From contig PWLL01000008.1 of the NCBI GenBank assembly GCA_003559395.1, forward strand, positions 292 through 32,291: a stretch of 32,000 nucleotides of DNA, read 5' to 3'. Made by a program: the position numbers and the translations under genes. Positions 30,802 to 32,000 of the stretch are shown here, piece after piece. The DNA comes from Candidatus Iainarchaeum sp. Lineage in GTDB: Archaea > Iainarchaeota > Iainarchaeia > Iainarchaeales > CSSED10-239. The notes below the pieces were generated by a model. The model was given only the letters and a program-made list of their open reading frames with translations, ran no database searches and had not been told where the DNA came from. The stretch's first letter is position 1, and every line of letters begins with the position of its first letter.

Positions 30802-32000
30802 CTATGGAAAACCGCCAGGCATGGAAATTGGCTTATTTTTAGGGAATAATCCTGGCCGGAGTCCTCTGATAATGTCAGTAAGAATTGGCTCCTCAGCCGC
30901 TTTAAACTCTTCATGCTCACCATAAATCACAAACCCATCAAACTCTGTTACCATCCGATATTGGTATTCTTCGCCTGCATCTAACTCGGTTATTTCTGCA
31001 TCAATTGTAGTTACGCTATTTACATTCTGCGGAGTAGTTGTCTGCCATGTCACGCCCCAATGTAAATAGCCATGAGGGATTTTCGCATACTGAAAATACA
31101 CACTAACATTTGCTCTGTGTCCTAAGTCTGTTATTTCTCCATTTAGAGTAGCAGAAGTTTCACCTACATTAGTTGGTAAGTTTGTTTGAGCGTAAGGTCT
31201 ATCACCCAGATTAGACCAAGTTTCTGCGACTGTATCATATTCATAGCAACCTGCTTCTTTGTTCCCACCCTCTACATCTTCATAGTAGGCTTTTAGTCCG
31301 TAGTCCCCGAGAGTGTCTGTGTGAACCCCTACTGTAACGTCCACTGGCATTATTACTGATGTTAGTGAGTTGTCACCGAATGCATAACCTCCTATAGTTG
31401 TAACGCTGTCTGGGATGGTGAGTGATGATATTGAGTTGGAAGCGAATGCGGAAGTTTCTATCGTGGTTACGCTATCTGGTATTGTGAGTGATGTTAGTGA
31501 GTTGTTACGGAATGCGGAATCTCCTATCGTGGTTACGCTATCTGGTATGGTGAGTGATGATATTGAGTTGTAACGGAATGCCCAATCTCCTATCGTGGTT
31601 ACGCTATCTGGTATGGTGAGTGATGTTAGTGAGTTGCTACGGAATGCATCATCTCCTATAGTTGTAACGCTATCTGGTATGGTGAGTGATGTTAGTAAGT
31701 TGCTACGGAATGCGGAATTTTCTATCGTGGTTACGCTATCTGGGATGGTGAGTGATGATATTGAGTTGTAAGCGAATGCGGAATCTCCTATAGTTGTAAC
31801 GCTGTCTGGGATGGTGAGTGATGATATTGAGTTGGAAGCGAATGCCCAATCTCCTATGGTTGTAACGCTGTCTGGGATATTAACGGATGTACAATTACTC
31901 ATGCTTCGTAATGAATGATCGCCTACTCTAGTAATCCCATGTACTATCTCTATATGCTCAACTCTGGTATCATCATGAACAGGAGAATCCCCAATAGCAA
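30802..32000 (-). CDS. BspA-type leucine-rich-repeat protein with a C-terminal Fn3/Ig-like domain; the gene continues beyond the right window edge
   Basis: At least 8 consecutive 22-aa repeats SLTIPDSVTTIGDxAFxxNSLT (LRR_5/BspA type). The C-terminal TNVGETSATLNGEITDLG...VSVYFQY...EYQYRMV resembles an Fn3-like beta-sandwich. The frame stays open upstream of the track ATG (31902) to position 32000: AIGDSPVHDDTRVEHIEIVHGITRVGDHSLRS-MSNC... The LRR pattern continues there, so the true start is outside the window. Confidence 0.75.
   Translation of the reverse strand, partial: AIGDSPVHDDTRVEHIEIVHGITRVGDHSLRSMSNCTSVNIPDSVTTIGDWAFASNSISSLTIPDSVTTIGDSAFAYNSISSLTIPDSVTTIENSAFRSNLLTSLTIPDSVTTIGDDAFRSNSLTSLTIPDSVTTIGDWAFRYNSISSLTIPDSVTTIGDSAFRNNSLTSLTIPDSVTTIETSAFASNSISSLTIPDSVTTIGGYAFGDNSLTSVIMPVDVTVGVHTDTLGDYGLKAYYEDVEGGNKEAGCYEYDTVAETWSNLGDRPYAQTNLPTNVGETSATLNGEITDLGHRANVSVYFQYAKIPHGYLHWGVTWQTTTPQNVNSVTTIDAEITELDAGEEYQYRMVTEFDGFVIYGEHEEFKAAEEPILTDIIRGLRPGLFPKNKPISMPGGFP
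31357..31884 (-). repeat. Eight exact-period 66-nt tandem repeats (coding LRR units) with a mosaic of two synonymous haplotypes
   Basis: Units start at 31357, 31423, 31489, 31555, 31621, 31687, 31753 and 31819. R3 and R4, the one pair I counted, differ at 5 of 66 positions. The DSVTTI block is encoded either as GATAGCGTAACCACGATA (units 2, 3, 4, 6) or as GACAGCGTTACAACTATA (units 1, 7, and 8 with one change; unit 5 is a hybrid). Confidence 0.85.

Noticed and set aside
100-31000. All plus-strand ORFs in the track (for example 100-495, 1724-1999, 5602-5958, 7851-8159, 16590-17030, 19199-19660, 26828-27235, 28821-29186, 29372-29764)
   Set aside because: Each lies antisense to a long, motif-bearing minus-strand gene. 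Each lacks an SD and has Ser/Leu/Phe/Cys-rich shadow-ORF composition. None is flanked by promoter or terminator signals.
31357-31884. Regular 66-nt tandem repeats that could be mistaken for a CRISPR array or a diversity-generating retroelement target
   Set aside because: The repeats are contiguous with no spacers. They lie in one open frame and encode a 22-aa BspA-type LRR unit, so this is not CRISPR. For a DGR there is no reverse transcriptase and no template repeat in the window. The differences between units are not adenine-specific; many are linked synonymous changes.
1-32000. Prophage boundaries, integrase, attL/attR, tRNA integration site, and terminase/portal/major capsid genes
   Set aside because: I looked for these but saw none in this window. 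I found no tyrosine or serine recombinase motifs, no tRNA-like cloverleaf and no long flanking direct repeats. Head and packaging genes presumably lie beyond position 32000. Free phage versus prophage cannot be decided from this window.

Overview
The whole 32-kb window is one co-directional block on the minus strand. It reads as a tailed-phage genome or prophage; no integrase or att site is visible, so I cannot tell which. No plus-strand gene is credible. I found no tRNA, rRNA, CRISPR array or transposase. Transcription runs from high to low coordinates.

(1) Late structural operon, 32000 to 7350. It starts with a BspA-type leucine-rich-repeat (LRR) protein that runs off the right edge. Next come a protein with three tandem beta-sandwich repeats and a protein carrying a 7-bladed beta-propeller. 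A six-gene array follows (176, 631, 131, about 180, 773 and 3,648 aa) whose order and sizes mirror T7 gp11-gp16. A lysis pair closes the operon: a single-TM holin-like protein and a glucosaminidase-type endolysin.

(2) Late/early boundary, 7022-7349. It contains a clean intrinsic terminator, iteron-like A-rich repeats and a near-consensus sigma-70/sigma-A promoter.

(3) Early operon, 7021 to 1. It encodes an XRE regulator and several tiny proteins, then a recombination module: Rad50/SbcC-like ATPase with a CxxC hook, RecT, metallo-beta-lactamase (MBL) fold nuclease and SSB. After that come unknowns, an HTH protein, a DnaJ-type zinc-finger mini-protein and a Dam-type methyltransferase that runs off the left edge and is absent from the ORF track.

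The standout is the 10,947-nt ORF at 8660-19606. It is a polyvalent protein in the position of the T7 gp16 ejection protein. It fuses a J-domain (HPD motif), an N6-adenine methyltransferase, a Strawberry-notch/SNF2-like helicase, an HExxH zincin motif and a TM-containing C-terminal region.

Expression signals (strong GGAGG Shine-Dalgarno (SD) sites, frequent TTG/GTG starts, many 1-8 nt start/stop overlaps, a TTGACT-17-TATAAT promoter) suggest a Firmicutes-like host. That host call is inference only. All functional calls come from motifs read by eye; no searches were run.
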